Assembly: GCF_036321535.1 (NCBI RefSeq)
Contig: NC_087437.1
Coordinates: forward strand, 93,374,001-93,438,000
Source of the DNA: Camelus dromedarius
Taxonomy: Eukaryota
Length of the DNA stretch: 64,000 nt
Direction of reading: 5' to 3'
The translations under genes and the position numbers were made by a program. Shown one piece after another: positions 1 to 13,750 of this stretch (position 1 is its first letter; every line of letters starts with the position of its first letter). The notes beneath the pieces are model-generated. The model had not been told where the DNA came from. It did not search any database and was given only the letters and a program-made list of their open reading frames with translations.

Positions 1-185
1 TAATAGTAGAACTGTGGTGTTTTTCTCTCTGGGCAGTGGTTCTCATAGTCAAGATGGAAAAGCAATAGCTTCAGAATACTGAAAAGACTTTCGAGCCAAA
101 TCAGGATTTTTCTTGCATTGTCTTTTAAGATCAGCACAAGCCAAGAGACAAATCTCTAACAAAGCATCTGTTGGAATTTTCCAGC

Positions 186-188
<3 letters not shown>

Positions 189-249
<61 letters not shown>
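189..249. repeat. (TA)n microsatellite
   Basis: Perfect TA dinucleotide run of about 30 units. Confidence 0.98.
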
Positions 250-251
<2 letters not shown>

Positions 252-1964
252 TAATATTAGTGATTATATACACATGTATTATTATGGTAGTATAATTAAT
301 GTATGTATTAATTATATATACATATATTAATCAAAATATTAGATATGAATTTAGAAGTATAAAATAACATGTTGCACTTTCAATTGCTCGAAAAGTGGTA
401 AATACATACATTCAAAAATGTTTCTTTAAGTTATTCTTAATCTAATGGATCATGGACATACAGCTGTATCAGGAAAATAACTCAACCTGCCTATAACTGG
501 TAAAGGTTTTAACTTTCAGCCTCTGCCATTTTGTAATATGAAATGTCTTCATAGCACAGAATTACTACTTATGGATTTTCCCCTCAAGGTAGCGTGTAAT
601 AGACACACATTATCATAGTATTAGTTTTCACATGGTTTCCTGAAATGTTGCTTTGATGAATTAGTATGATAACCTATTTATTATTATAAACATTAGTGGA
701 AGACATGATGAAATGGAATATAGTACCTTATAGAATCAAAACTTTGTCCACGAAGATTATTTCTTCAGCTTTTGTAAAGATGAAAGTGTCTGTTATAAAT
801 GTGCAGTACCAAATATAAATCATGTTTATTATTTTCAGTGTCTGTTGCTTTTTAGCATTCTGAAGCATGGGAATTTGAAGACTACAAAATACCAAAAATA
901 TAAATACATCTAGAGAATTGGACTGAACCAAATGCTGTGTGCCCAACTCCCTTTCAGCCCCAGGCCTCCGCGTCAGCTGTAATGCTTTGTCTGGGTGCTC
1001 ACTCCTTTCGTACCACAACTCAGTCAGGCTCCGTACATAGATTCTGTAACTCCTGCTCGCCTTCTGGGTCTTAGATTAGATGATACTCCGTTCACAAAGG
1101 CTAATTTTGCAGCACCAGATCATTGGAATTCCTTGTGCTTGCTCCAGTTACCTTGCTTTTGCCTGGTATTATTACAGTGTGATTGGAAACATCGTCTTGC
1201 ACACTAAAGGATTGTTCCACAAGGACCAGGACTGAGGTTTGTACTCTCAGATCCTGGCATGTGCCTGCACTCATTTAGTCTGTCTTTATTTACTGAAGGC
1301 CTACTAAGTGCCAGGCAGTGTTTGGAGCACTGGAAATAGAAACATGTACCAGACAGAAAATATATGAGATGAGTTAACAAAAAAGAAAGAAAAGACATGA
1401 TTGCAGATTCGTATGTTTTTCAGAACATACCTTCAGGAAAAAGAACATGGTTGTAATATGGGGTGATTGGATGGGGATGGGATAGCAAATTTAGATGAGA
1501 TGAAATTGTACCTCTTGATTTCTAAGCCTCTCCCTCTCTAGGATATCTCTTTAGTACTTTCCTGATTCTTATCTTTCTCTTACCTCCAGTAATCTAAATA
1601 TCCACTGAGTATAAAATGGGCTTTAAACATATGTTTCTGTATGAGTAAAACCTCCCAACTGCTCCGTAGGAGTTTTGAAATGTAAAATTAGAAATAATTT
1701 ATAAAACAAAGTATCTGATTTTTAAATTTCTCTTTTCTTTGTGTTTGTTTAAAATAGACGAATTTATTCATAGACTCGAACATCCATGTGATATCCCAGG
1801 TACCATGGTACTTCATAGGAAATGCTTACTGGAAGGGAGAGTGTTAACTGTATTGGTGAACACTAATGACCTCATATGCATATTTTTATTGAAACTCCTT
1901 CTTACTATTACTTCTTGGTCATTTTTCTTATTCGTGTACCATATTACAATTTCCCTTCATACAA

Positions 1965-4717
1965 GAGACAGACAAGAGTCAGGTAATAAATGGAGTCCTG
2001 GCTCAGATGTGTTCATGGACCTCTCCAGGAGTCCTTTCTTCAATCTGGAGTGTGGAACGGACATCTTTGGTTATTGGCAAAACCTTGGCTTCAGTTTCTT
2101 TGCTTATAGTATAAGAGCAGACAGAGTAAGGAAAACCAAGTGAAAGTCCTTCAAACTGAATCCACAGCCAATATGGTAAATTAAGATCTAATTATCAGTG
2201 ACACTTCTAAAGAATGCAGATATAGTGATTCGCATGCCACCTCCATTTAATTTGCTAGTCTGGCCACCACCAAACACAGATACAGGATGACAGTGAACTA
2301 CTGAAAATTCAAGCAAGTATTTGTTCCTTTTGCAGCTGCTGCGCTTCAGGCCGTATCTCAGCTAGAGCATGTTAACATGGATTCAGGTGCCTGGGATGTG
2401 GCCATTGATTTGATAAATGCATCTTTTCTGTTCCCATGAGTAAGGAGAGCCAGAAGTGGTTCACATTCACACGTGGCAGAGAGGGGATATATCTGCAGTC
2501 TTGCCCCGAGTCTGTGTGCACTCTCCTTCATCCTGTAGTTTAGACATCAGCAGACAACACAATGTTTCACTCTATTGATTATACCGTGTAATCAGACCAG
2601 ATGAGCAAGAATTTGCAAGTATGTTGAAAGCATTTTAAATACATAGACATGCCATAAAGTGGGGGAAAAAACCTGCAAGGATTTAGGGATGCATCGCATT
2701 AGTGCTCTGTGACATGCTAGGGATTCCCTCCAAAGTAAAAGCCGAATTACTGCATCCTATACCTCCCACCATTAAGAAGGAAGCAAACACCCTGTAGGTC
2801 TCTTTGGGTTTGAGAGCAGCAGATTCTACATTTAGAAATACTTCTCTAATCCATTTACTGAGTAACACCGAACACTTCTAGTTTGAGACAGATCCAGAAA
2901 AGAGCCCTGAAGAAGGTCCGGGCTGTGGTGCAAGTAGTGCTGCTACTTGGGCTGAAAATGAACTGCTTTTGCGTGAGAGCTCAAACCAGGCGTGGCCTCA
3001 AAGGCTGGCTATATCATAGGTTCTCTCAATGAGTGGAGCTTTATGCAGTGCACCTGATAATACACTGCGAATGGAAAGGCTAGTTGTTTGAGATAAAATA
3101 TGTAAGAAGTCATGGGCCACAGTGAATGGCTTGGTTTGTTGTTCTGGGGCCTGGAGGAGGAGAGGTAGGGAACATCCAGTTCTGAGGGAGAGGTGTGTAG
3201 ATAGACCTCTGGGGTGTTTTAACATTTTTGTGTGGTATGTTAACTCTCACCAGAGTTAGAAAGAGTGTGCTAAATAATCAACTATGCAAAAATGACTCAA
3301 CCAGTTGATGTCTGGCAGCCTCTGACACGGACCAACCCAATTCTGGCACAATGGGTGCATGAATAGCATAGCTGTGGTGACAGCGATGCAAGCTATGCAT
3401 GGGCCTGACAGCATTGGCGTCTTCCACCAAGGCGAATCTGGCATTGCTGATACCCGATCTCTTAACAAAAGAGAGCAGTGCTGAGACCTGTGGCACAATG
3501 ACTTGATACCAGCCACATGGTAGCAAATTAATTACATTTAACCTCTTCCTCCCTGGAAAGAGCAGTGATTTGTTTTGCTAGGAATCAACACATACTTCAT
3601 CATGGATTTATCATTCCTATAATCTGTGACTAATTTCATGGTCATTCGACCTGCTTAGTCACACAGGGCCCAAGCTCAGAAGGGCCCCATACTTGGTTTA
3701 ATGTTATTCTGTTGCCACCTTACAATTCTTCAGAATTGTTGAACAAGGGACCCCACCTTTTCATTTTGCTTGTGCTCAGCAAATTATGTAGCTGGTCCTG
3801 CTGCAGTCTGGGTCAGTCTTTCTACCTGCAGATTTACAAATAGATTAATTCACTAACTGGATCCTGTGTAACATCAGGAAAGGTCAAGCTACTTGCATTA
3901 AAGCCATGACACGGCATCCACTGGTCCTATCACACACCCAGGGGCTGCTGGTTTGGGAGAACAATGTAGAACTGTGATAAGCATGGCTGAGTTGCCGGTT
4001 TAGAGATGATATCTGGAGAGGATAGGGTGCCAGTTTTCAAGACACAGTATAGAAAATCTGTTTCCTCAAAAGGATAAACAGGAGGACACTGGATCCAGGA
4101 ACAAGGGACAGAAGTAAAAATGTTCTCATTTACCATCATTCCCAATGACCCACTTGGGGAATTTGTGCTTTTCATTTCTGCAATGCTCAGCTCTGTGAGT
4201 GTAGGGACTTTGAGTCTCCAAAGTGGAATGCTTCTGCCAGAGGACACAATACAAGTCCCATTTCAGTTTCAGCTGTGTCTGCCACTGGGTCATTTCAGAC
4301 TCCTCTAGCAAGAGACCAATAAGCAAGGAAAGAAATCACCATGCTGATAGGGATAATTGACCTTAACCAGAGGAGGTGTTAGAACTGCCCCTAAATATTG
4401 GGAGAAGGGAAGAATATGTATGATATATGGCTCCCAAGTGATCCACAAGTAGTCTTTGATACTCCTTCCCCAATTTTGATAGTAAATAAAAAGTGCCTCA
4501 GCTATGGCCAGAGAAAATCATGGTGACTAGAGTCCTTGGGAATAAAGGTATGGGATACCCACCTAGACCTGCTGAGGGGCTAGTGAGGGTGGTGGTGGGG
4601 AAACTGGATCTTGAAATGCTAATAGAAGAGGGAAAAGTTCCTATCCAGAATCCCGGAGATGTTTTCAGATACACCGAACTTCTAAAATGAAGCAAAGGGA
4701 TTGAAGCAGCCCTGGGG
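1965..4717 (+). mobile_element. Decayed ERVL (class III) internal pro-pol region, ERV3-16A3/ERVL-type
   Basis: Degenerate translations match recalled ERVL motifs: protease/RT junction (ECGTDIFGYWQN ~ ECIIGIDILSSWQN), RT (ccatttaatttgctagtctggcc ~ PFNSPIWP; gccattgatttgataaatgc ~ AIDLANA), and a C-terminal dUTPase-like segment (GMLLPEDT...LPLGHFRLL, ORF 4120-4308). Many stops and frameshifts. Confidence 0.88.
3623..3800 (+). mobile_element. MER45A-like hAT-Tip100 DNA transposon fossil nested in the ERVL
   Basis: cagggcccaagctcagaagggcccc...ttggtttaatg...ttgaacaagggacccc...ttttcattttgc...caaattatgtagctggtcctg matches the recalled MER45A consensus. Confidence 0.8.
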
Positions 4718-5097
4718 TGCAGGGCAGGGGATGATACGGTCCACTGCTCAGATCTTCTTAGTCAGCTCCAAGGCACACATTTCTCAGCTGCCATTGGGTG
4801 TTGCCAACTGATGACTCTCAGTCCCTCAAATTCAATGTTCATCAAACATGGAAGCTCAAAGCCCAACTCCCTTGCTTCAATTAGGGACAGTTGGCCTCTA
4901 AAGGGCCATCTTGGTTCCAGAGCTTGCCAAGTTTGATGCACCCATTGCAATTGCAGAGAAAATTCAATTCCTGCCTCTGTCCAATTTTCCTGTCCTCATT
5001 TCCTCATAGGTATTGTGCTGAGAGCACTTCCCAATATACCTCTGCAGACTTTTCTCCATATCAAAGTTATTTTGGGGAGAAAACCTAGCCTAGGACA
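4718..5097 (+). mobile_element. LTR16-family (ERVL) 3' LTR
   Basis: Follows a purine-rich PPT-like tract; contains cccaactcccttgcttcaattagggaca; ends ...ctccatatcaaagttattttggggagaaaacctagcctaggaca, like LTR16 termini. Confidence 0.75.
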
Positions 5098-5549
5098 TCA
5101 GTAGATGTTGCACCCACATAGTATGTTTTAGAAACACCTAGAGGTTTGCTTTGTTCAAAAGAGACCACTGGACTTTATGCTAAGATATATTCACTGCCAT
5201 GAAAGTTATTATAGTTTAACTGGAAATATGAAGTTTATACATACAATTATTTCATGTATTCCTCTAGCAAATATATAAATTTATATTGTATGTATAAAGC
5301 TATAAGCATGTATAAAGCATATTGAAAAACTATACTGATTTATATGTATTTTATATATGTTATAATATATATGCCAGATAAATATTAAATAATTCAAAAT
5401 ATGCATGACAGCAAAGAAACAGGCATAGCTGCGCAGAGAGGTTGAAATTTAGAGAAATGAGTAAGTGAGGAAGACAATATGAGGGTGATCAGAGACAGAA
5501 GATAGAATCCTTAAATGGTAGGGATTAAGTCATTTTCACAAAGATAAGA

Positions 5550-5850
5550 CTCTTTGGTCCATTTATGTACCCGAAACGTCTAGAACGGTGTCTGGTATAT
5601 AATAGGTACCCAACAAATATTTGTTAAGGGAACCAAATTTAGATTAAAACTAAAGGTTTGAGAAGCTGATAACACAATGAATATATGCGTCACATTTAGA
5701 GAAAAACAACTTAGAGACATTCATCCAATCATGTCGTAGCACTATACTTTGCACCTGCTATGCAACTGGCACTTGCTCAGGGCTAGTGACACCAACTTTA
5801 ATAAGACATGACTCCTGCCCTCAGTGAAATTCTAATGAGTGAGAAGTTCA
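5550..5850. mobile_element. Two L2 3'-end fragments (+ then -)
   Basis: ctagaacggtgtctggtatataataggtacccaacaaatatttgtt (+), then cattcatccaatc...cacctgctatgcaactggcact...gacatgactcctgccctcag (-). Confidence 0.6.
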
Positions 5851-8800
5851 TGCTAATGCTATCCAGGGAGGCCAGCTGACTTCACAAACATGTCTTGACT
5901 TAAAGGCTATACTTTGATGGAGGTTGTTTTGCTTCAGTGTCTGATCGCTAGTTTTGGAGTTTTCAAGACAATTGTCTATTAATTCATTTAAAGCTAATGT
6001 TATGCAGGCAGGGACTAACATTAATATAATGCATAAAGGGCCAGCGTATGAATCAGGCGTGTTCCATCTTAATCTTTGAGAAGCTTTCCATCTCCAAGAA
6101 TCTTTGTCCCTAGTACCCTGGGGGATATCCTCCTCAGTATCACAGGGCTTTGCAATTGCTAGATGAATACATTTTGAATCAAAACAAAATAGAGGTATTA
6201 GGAAGGAATTTCTCATTCATATAGGATAGAGTCTAGTGAAACATTCATGATCATTACAAAAAGTGCCTTTTAGATCATCTAAATTTTTCCCCCTACTCCA
6301 ATGTGTTTCTGCTACCTTGTAGGAAAGATAAATACAAACACCATCTTGCTATCCTAACTTAGCTATTTTTCTAAGCTTCATTTTGACCCCTTATTTCCCT
6401 AATCATCAATCACAATCTAATCCTGCATTGCTTTGGCTATTTATAGATCTAATTTTTATGAAAGATTCCCTGGCTACCGTTGTAGGGCTTGAGTTTCTTC
6501 TATCTTCTCAGCTATACTTTTAACAGCATCCCACTCAGTTACTTCTCCAGATGTAGGTTCCCATATAAATCCTCTAGAACTTGTAAAAATTATCATCATT
6601 GAGTTGGTGAAGAAAAGCCTGCTGTGATGGCTTGAGTTATGCATCATCTAATATCTGATTTGGAAATTTATGAATCGGTATTTACATATCAAAATTATGA
6701 AGAAACACTATCTCATATAGAGCAGAGATCATATGAGCATTCTGCACAGTGCAGACTTCATAAATATCAAATGACTACATCCAAATTAAAATAGCATTTG
6801 CACGCATCCTGGGTCTATGTAGATAGGTGTGTTTTGTTCTTGCAGACAAGAGGTTGACTCATGATTACGAACTTTGACATCTCTCTGGCTGATTGAAAAT
6901 AAATTGTGCATGCTAAATGAGTCCTTATGTAGATCTGAAATTTAACAATTTCCTGTCACTGACTATAGCCAAGGAAGATTTGTGGTGGTGGTTGTTTTGG
7001 GCACAGTTTATGTAGTAAACCCTGGTGCTACTAATAACTACTTCCCAATAAACCAACTAAGCCCCCAGAGAATTTTGCAGCTGGGGAAATGGACTTAATA
7101 GGACAAACAAAAAAGCACACTTTATTTATCATTAAAAGGTAGTCACTACACTGCATATTTAAATTTTGGTTTTCTTTATTAAGCAGTGGAAGTTAAAAAA
7201 AAAAAAAAAAGGATGTTTGGATCCCATAGATCATTCGGATTTTGGTGAGGTGCTAAAGTAAAAAATGGTTAATTACCTACTTAGTCTTCTGAACAGCACA
7301 TGAATAACCAGCTGGGCTTTTGTTGTGATGGAAAGATACTGAGAAAATGTTTTTAGGGTGCAAAACTCTGTATCAGACATATAATAAAGAAAACTACCAC
7401 ATTTAGTGTGTTCAGATACTGTTAAAAAAAAAAATCCCCAAAACCCAGCTCAGAACATTTTGCAGTCAATAGGAAATAATCTAATATTCATCAGAATTTT
7501 TCAGTATGTGAGATATTTGACATTTATTTTGTTTAGTTTTCACTTAATTTATTAATCTTTTTTCCTCTGAAGGAAAATTTTCTGTCTCTAGTTACTTAAG
7601 TCATTTATACCTTGATTGAATAGAATGAAGGATAAAAAAGGAGGCCATATTTTCCACAAGTCAATGGCCACCTAGGAATGATTTACCAGTATATCCTCAC
7701 TTGATGACTCTCAGTTTACTTACTCATGTTTTGAATGTGTTAGTTCGGTTTTACATAGTCAAGTCATAAATAATCTGTTCACCAAGGGATAACAGCCCAC
7801 TGTCTTCAACATGGCATCTATCAGGAGAAAAATCTGTATAAATATTAGAATTTTTGAAAGCTGTACTAATTCCAAGATGACTAATCTGACATTTAAAAAG
7901 AAAAACATTCTGGGTAAATATTAGCCTTGACAGAACAAGCTTTACAAGTCTTTGAGACCATCATCATGTCTTTGCTTTATACACACAAAAAACAAATCAA
8001 AATTATGAGATGTGATTTCAAATATGGAAATGAAAGTTATTAATCCAGTTTCATATATGATGAATGATAAATATGACATATTTATACATACATTAATAAA
8101 ATGTAAAATGTGAAACTATTTCCGACACTTTCACAGCTCTTTATCTTCTAAACATTTTATTATTATTATTATTAATTATAAAATTGAAATAATCAAAATT
8201 TATGACAATACAAATGCTGTGTATATTGTGATAATAAATATCTTTCTAAAAGTTTTGATTTTTTAATAAAGGCAGACAGTTTTCTGCATTTTGTATTAGA
8301 AAAGTAAGCATATTTCAAAGAGTTTGTGATCTCGAGAGCAAATTTTTTTTAAATAGTTTTAAAAATATTTATTACACATTTCTACTATTTAGAAATCTCC
8401 AAATATAGTAATTTCTGCAACTTAAATTCGCTAACCTAGTGGAAATTCCTGAAGTAGTGGGCATTTAATTTTGTGACAACATATGAATCCCAGGTGTAGG
8501 GGGTATATATGCATATATGTGTGCGTGTGTAGTTATACAAATACAAACTCATATTCTCTTACTGTGTCAGAAAACTCCTTGCCACTTCTTTTCAGTTTTT
8601 CAGTCCTTCCAAGCATTTCTTTCCATTCATTTTTCCCTTTTTTAATTATATTTAATTTCTTTCTTTTCACTTTTTTTCTGTCATTAAATCTGAAAAAAAA
8701 TTAGAATTAGTGACCAAACCATTGTGAAATGTTAAAATTTAAGAAAACCTTGGAAAATGTAAAGCATATATTAGAAATAATGTTCTCTCTTTCTCTCTGG

Positions 8801-9013
8801 TGGGAAAGGCTGAGAAAAACTGAGGGTGAAGTAAAACCTCAATTCCCAGAAGAGTTACTTTTCTCAAAGTGCTGAAAGTCAATTCAACATGTATTTATTG
8901 AGCTTCTACCCCTGCCCTTGGGGATACTGTGATATAAAATCAAGACTTCTCCCCAAAGGTAACATTTGATTCATTTTGATTTAAAACTGGCAGCCTAGAG
9001 AGTCTACTCAAGG

Positions 9014-9109
9014 TTGTATTTCCTCTTTATACATAAATATTTTTCTACAGTTTGAGTTTTTTTGTATTTCCTCTTTATACATAAATATTTTTCTACAGTT
9101 TGAGTTTTT
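9014..9109. repeat. Perfect 48-bp tandem duplication
   Basis: ttgtatttcctctttatacataaatatttttctacagtttgagttttt occurs identically at 9014-9061 and 9062-9109. Confidence 0.97.
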
Positions 9110-10669
9110 ACCCATACCAATGTTTGAGTCTTAGAACACTTTTTTTTTTCCCCAGACCATTGTTTAAAAATGTGAAACTGAAAATAGTGGTGATTAAAAT
9201 GTTATCTACATGAGAATCTGTTGATTCTTTGTAATATAGGAAGAAGAATTTTAACTTTGAGAAAGGGTAGATTTTGTATGGATGGATATCTAATTATGTT
9301 TTTCTCTCTTCTTTGAAGCTTAAAATGTATTCTTTTTCTAATAGAATAGCACTTTTTAGTTTATGTTATTATGCTTTAGTTTTAAATATTTTGCTAGGTC
9401 AATATAGCAACAATAAAGATAATATTTAGTTAGTTTATGAATGCAGTAAATATTTAGAAGGCACCTACACTTTTCCAGGCATTGTGCTCAGTGGAGAATT
9501 TTGCATGTAAGAAAGAAGCCTCAAATACAGCTATAAACATAAAAGGGAAAGAAACTACAAAAAGTTATGAATATTATTTTAATATACACAAGGAAATAGC
9601 ATCCTGATTAAATATTTGTTGGGAAATGAGGGAAGCTGATTTTGCCTGAGTGAAAAATTTAAGGATGATTGGATGTTTTTCCTCCATGTATAACTGAACC
9701 CTGGCTAGATCTTCCTTTGAACAAAAGGAATGTATCCATGGGTGAAGGAAAAATGGGAGCAACCAAATTATGTTTTCTTTATTCTTTCCTATTAAAGGAG
9801 ACAGGAAAGAGAAGAAATATAGAAAGTTTGGTCTGTCTTCTTCTGGGAAAACCATTAAGAGAGGATTAGGCAAGGAGAATGTAAAGGATTAATTAGGATT
9901 CATTGTATTTGAATAAAGACTCAGATTAAAAATTACAGTTATTATTATGAAAAACAAAAATGAAAATTACATAAAGAACTAAAGTATGTTTTTTATTCAG
10001 ACTCAGCACCTTCGTATAGCAGCACCTTTTCTTCAGTGGTTTTAAGAGAAGCTAATGTGAAAGAGCTGGAGACGTGGGTGAAGTGATGCATAAGACTTAA
10101 GGCCAAACATCCCAAAGTGGATGTTCCTACCCACACTAAGTGTAGATTCTGTAGCGTTAAGGACAGAGAGAAATTTGGAACATTTAGGGGACAATCCAGA
10201 GGAAAATAATCCTTTCTAGTTCTGTAAGATACTTCGCGATATTTATCTTTGCTTATATCTCAACGGTTCTATCATAACCTCAGGAAGCTTCTTCCAACTT
10301 AAAGGAAGATTTTAGAATAAGGTTAAGAGAATGAGGCATATCATTCAAGTGGGGACTTGCCAAGATATAAGCAGATGTTCAAGGTTCCAAGTAATGAGGT
10401 GGGCTATGAATAAGTGAAGGCAGCTGGAGAGCCTTTAGAAGCCAGGCAGACGTGCCGGCATCAGGACTGGTGAACCACAGATGGATTGGGGATGGACTGC
10501 TGTTTGGTAAGGGGGCACAGGCCCAGGAATTCCAAGTTTAGGATAAAACTACTTCCAGATTTTCTCACCCTCCTCTCCCCCCATCTGAGTCCTGTGGCGA
10601 GGCTAGGCTCCATCTCAGGGTTGGGTGAAGGATGAATCAAGCTACATGAAGGTGAAACAGTGAAGTGCA

Positions 10670-10905
10670 GGAATGCATAGCATGTCCTCCGGAATCAGAT
10701 GGCTTGGATTTGGGTTCCACTCCACTTGCTGCTTGTGGCACCTAGGTCAAGATTCTCAACTCTCTAGGACTCAGTTTTCTAATACAGGATGGAAATAATA
10801 ACATTACCAATGCCTTAGAGCTTTTGTGAGAATTAAAGGAGTTTAATTCCTTTTGAGATGTGGCACTGTGTCTGGTGCACAGTAATCACTTCAAAAGTGA
10901 TAACT
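10670..10905 (+). mobile_element. MIR SINE
   Basis: ggaatcagatggcttggatttgggttccactccacttgctgcttgtg...ctcagttttct...ttgtgagaattaaa...gtgtctggtgcacagtaatcact resembles the MIR core and tail. Confidence 0.8.
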
Positions 10906-13525
10906 TAATCATTTCACGTAGGTAAGAAAAGCATGGCAGGAGGCCATGAGCATTGAGAACAGATGGAGTAACCCCTGTGCTATTTTTGCACTCTAAATCA
11001 TTGTCCATGTTTGACCTAAGGAATAGTAGATTAAGTTTTGCACAGAGCCAGACACAAGCAACACAAGATAGAGCATCTGCTCTTTTCAATGACAGAAAGT
11101 TCCCTTGCACTTCATAGAATTAGGTCACACCGAAACAGAGAAACCATTGATTCGAATACTGGTGTATCCTTAGTAACAAGATGTGTGAACCCAGAGACTG
11201 TCAGTAGAAATTTTTGAATCTTTCCAAAATGTGCAGCATTGGAGATGCTTGTTGTTGGCATCTACTCCGGGCTCTAAACTGTTAAGTGACATGCAAGAGG
11301 ACCTGGGCTGGGAGGGCTGGGACATTGTTGGAATGTGGCTACGTGCTCTGTTTTGAAGTGCGTGGAGTTTCTGACTACTGAGACTTTGGCTTATTTCAGT
11401 CCACATTATTGGAAATTTTCACTGTCAAATTCTTGAGCTCTTCAAACAGAACTTTTCATTTAGAAGCATTTTACATTCATGTGAGTAGCATTAGTAGATA
11501 CCTTTGGGTTCATAGAGGTATGGCTAACACAAAGCATACTCATGTTTTGTGTTTAAGATGTTTGGGAAGTGAAATGTGTAATAAAATCAACAGTGGTAAC
11601 TATTAATGTAGTCAAGTACAAGTATTTACTTTAAAATAAATAGGATTAATGATTGGAGGAAAATAGGCTTTGGAAAAATATAAAAATAGAACCAAACATG
11701 AGAATAATGATAAAAGAGAGCCCAGTTTATTATCAGCCAATGTCTCTAATATAACAGAAAATAAAATCCTAATTCAAACATAGTTTTTGCCCTCAAAGTA
11801 TGTTTTATGTACATTTAGAAGAAAAATAATTGGTTTTAGATTTGTCTTCAAGAAAGGACTGTGAGGGTGGCAACAGGAGGGACCATGAGACTGATTCCCT
11901 GTCGATGATGTGTGAGCCAAGTTTGAGCACGGGGATAGGGGTGCTTTGGGACTCCCTGTGGGAAAGTGTCATTTAGATTCTTCTGAGGGAGGCATCGGGT
12001 GCAAACCTGGCTAGAATAAAAAGACACAAAGGGTTTTTTGACTTGTCTAAACAGTATGCATGCAGTCATGCACTTTGGACTGTTAGTTTTGTTTCTGCTT
12101 ATTGGTCACCGCAATGAGGTTTTTTTGGGGCTCGTAGTGTGACCTCCCCAACTTATCAATATTGTTACAATAAATAGATATTCACTTCCTTGGTAGTAAT
12201 TGTAAATTGAATTAGGTTTGCAATAACCTGTTGCTGTAACCAAACTGCTTTCCTTTTCTATCAACGGAGAAATGTGAAAACTCCCAAGGTAGAAGGTAGA
12301 GAGGAAATTATTAACAGAACGGACGTGCTATTTCCAATACTTGAGTCTTTTTAATTATATAAGACTTCCGCTCTTTATCCATGATTTTTCTTGAGATCTA
12401 TCTGAAGCCAATTGTGTGGATGAGTCTGAAGGAAGAACAGACACAGACACACCCCTAAGTGAGCCTGCTTTGCTGTGCATTTGTAACAGGAGGTGGAGAT
12501 TTGCTCCTATCCATGATCTCACTTAACCAATTTTTGTTGTTATCCAGGGTTAGTAATAAGTAATTTCAGGCATGTGAAGTCACAGTGAGAGAACAAGAGT
12601 GATCTCTTCCTAATCATTATGTCAGAGAAGGGATACTTGGTCTGTGGTTTCTAACTAAGCAGATGGACACTGGGATGTGACAGTATACATGCCACTGTCA
12701 TGGAATTTCCTGATGCACGTCACCTCCTTACACTATTCTTAAGAAGCCAGTGCTATCAGGTTGCTGCTGCTCAGTCAGTTTAAGTGCCAGCTTGCAAAAG
12801 AAAAAGAGCACCTGCTAACTTACTCCTGAAGACTCCACTACAAAAACCTTGTAGAATCATGAAGGAAATTCTGGGCCTGAAAGTGGGGCTGAGTCTCCAA
12901 CTATTCTAAATCTCAAATCAGGCAGCTAACTCCCCTTTTGACTATTTTCCTCCATCTTGCACTAAACCTGAAAAGCACTCTCCCACTTGCTCTGCTGGCA
13001 GTGTACATGCCAGACTGATAAGAATGAGGTGCACTCCTCAGTCTGTCTATGCCCAATTACGTTGGAAGACAGCTGTAGGCAAAAGGGAGTCCTGTATACT
13101 GGACAGCATTGGAGCCCCTGTAATCTGGAGGGGGAAACATTCAAAGGACAATGGAAAGCTCAATTTACAGAAATAGACTGAAAATTGCTGCCAAGTGGCC
13201 CAGCAGACAATGCTTATGTGCAGCCATCACAGATCAGTTGCTCAATTTGAGGACAGAAAGTTGTCTAACATCAGGCGTTGATAGTTTCTGTGTCATCATC
13301 CCTGAATACAGAGAAGAGTGACCCAGACACCAACACCTGCTTTGATTAACCTGGTGCCAATTTATGAGTTTTAAACTTTTTCTCTCCCATGATTATTTCC
13401 TCACAGATTAGAAAATACTGCCTTTAAAATCCTCAAAACAATCAGCTCTTTTATCAGTTCATAATTGATTTTTGCTCATAAACATCTTGCCTATACATCC
13501 TGGAATAAAATTCCTTAGGCATTTT

Positions 13526-13750
13526 CTCAGCTCTGTCAGTATGATGCTAGGATCTTTGTCAGACTCTTGGCTTCTGAACCAAGTTATTTTCATCAGGGAT
13601 ATTGGAAGAGATTAGTCATATTTTATCAACACCTACCAGCCATACATCTTATCCCTTTACCCCTAATAAAAATGTCTGAGTCATATGTGTCTCTAGGAAC
13701 TATTTCAAAGCTTTTTAAAATGACCTTTAGTCAAATAGGTCCGCTGCTAT
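13526..13750 (+). repeat. Inverted repeat IR-A, left arm
   Basis: Reverse complement aligns to 14597-14910: 13641-13688 vs 14741-14788 is 43/48 identical; 13552-13594 vs 14842-14884 is 37/43. Confidence 0.9.

Noticed and set aside
291..316. Short palindrome tataattaat-gtatgt-attaattata
   Set aside because: A 10-bp all-AT stem in low-complexity sequence next to a TA repeat.
10002..10023. REST/RE1-like site (tcagcaccttcgtatagc)
   Set aside because: Only the left half-site matches; the GGACAG half is missing.
13546..13567. Similarity between IR-A and IR-B arms (ctaggatc...agactct, cf. 32097-32126)
   Set aside because: Two short words at different spacing with no flanking alignment; compatible with chance.
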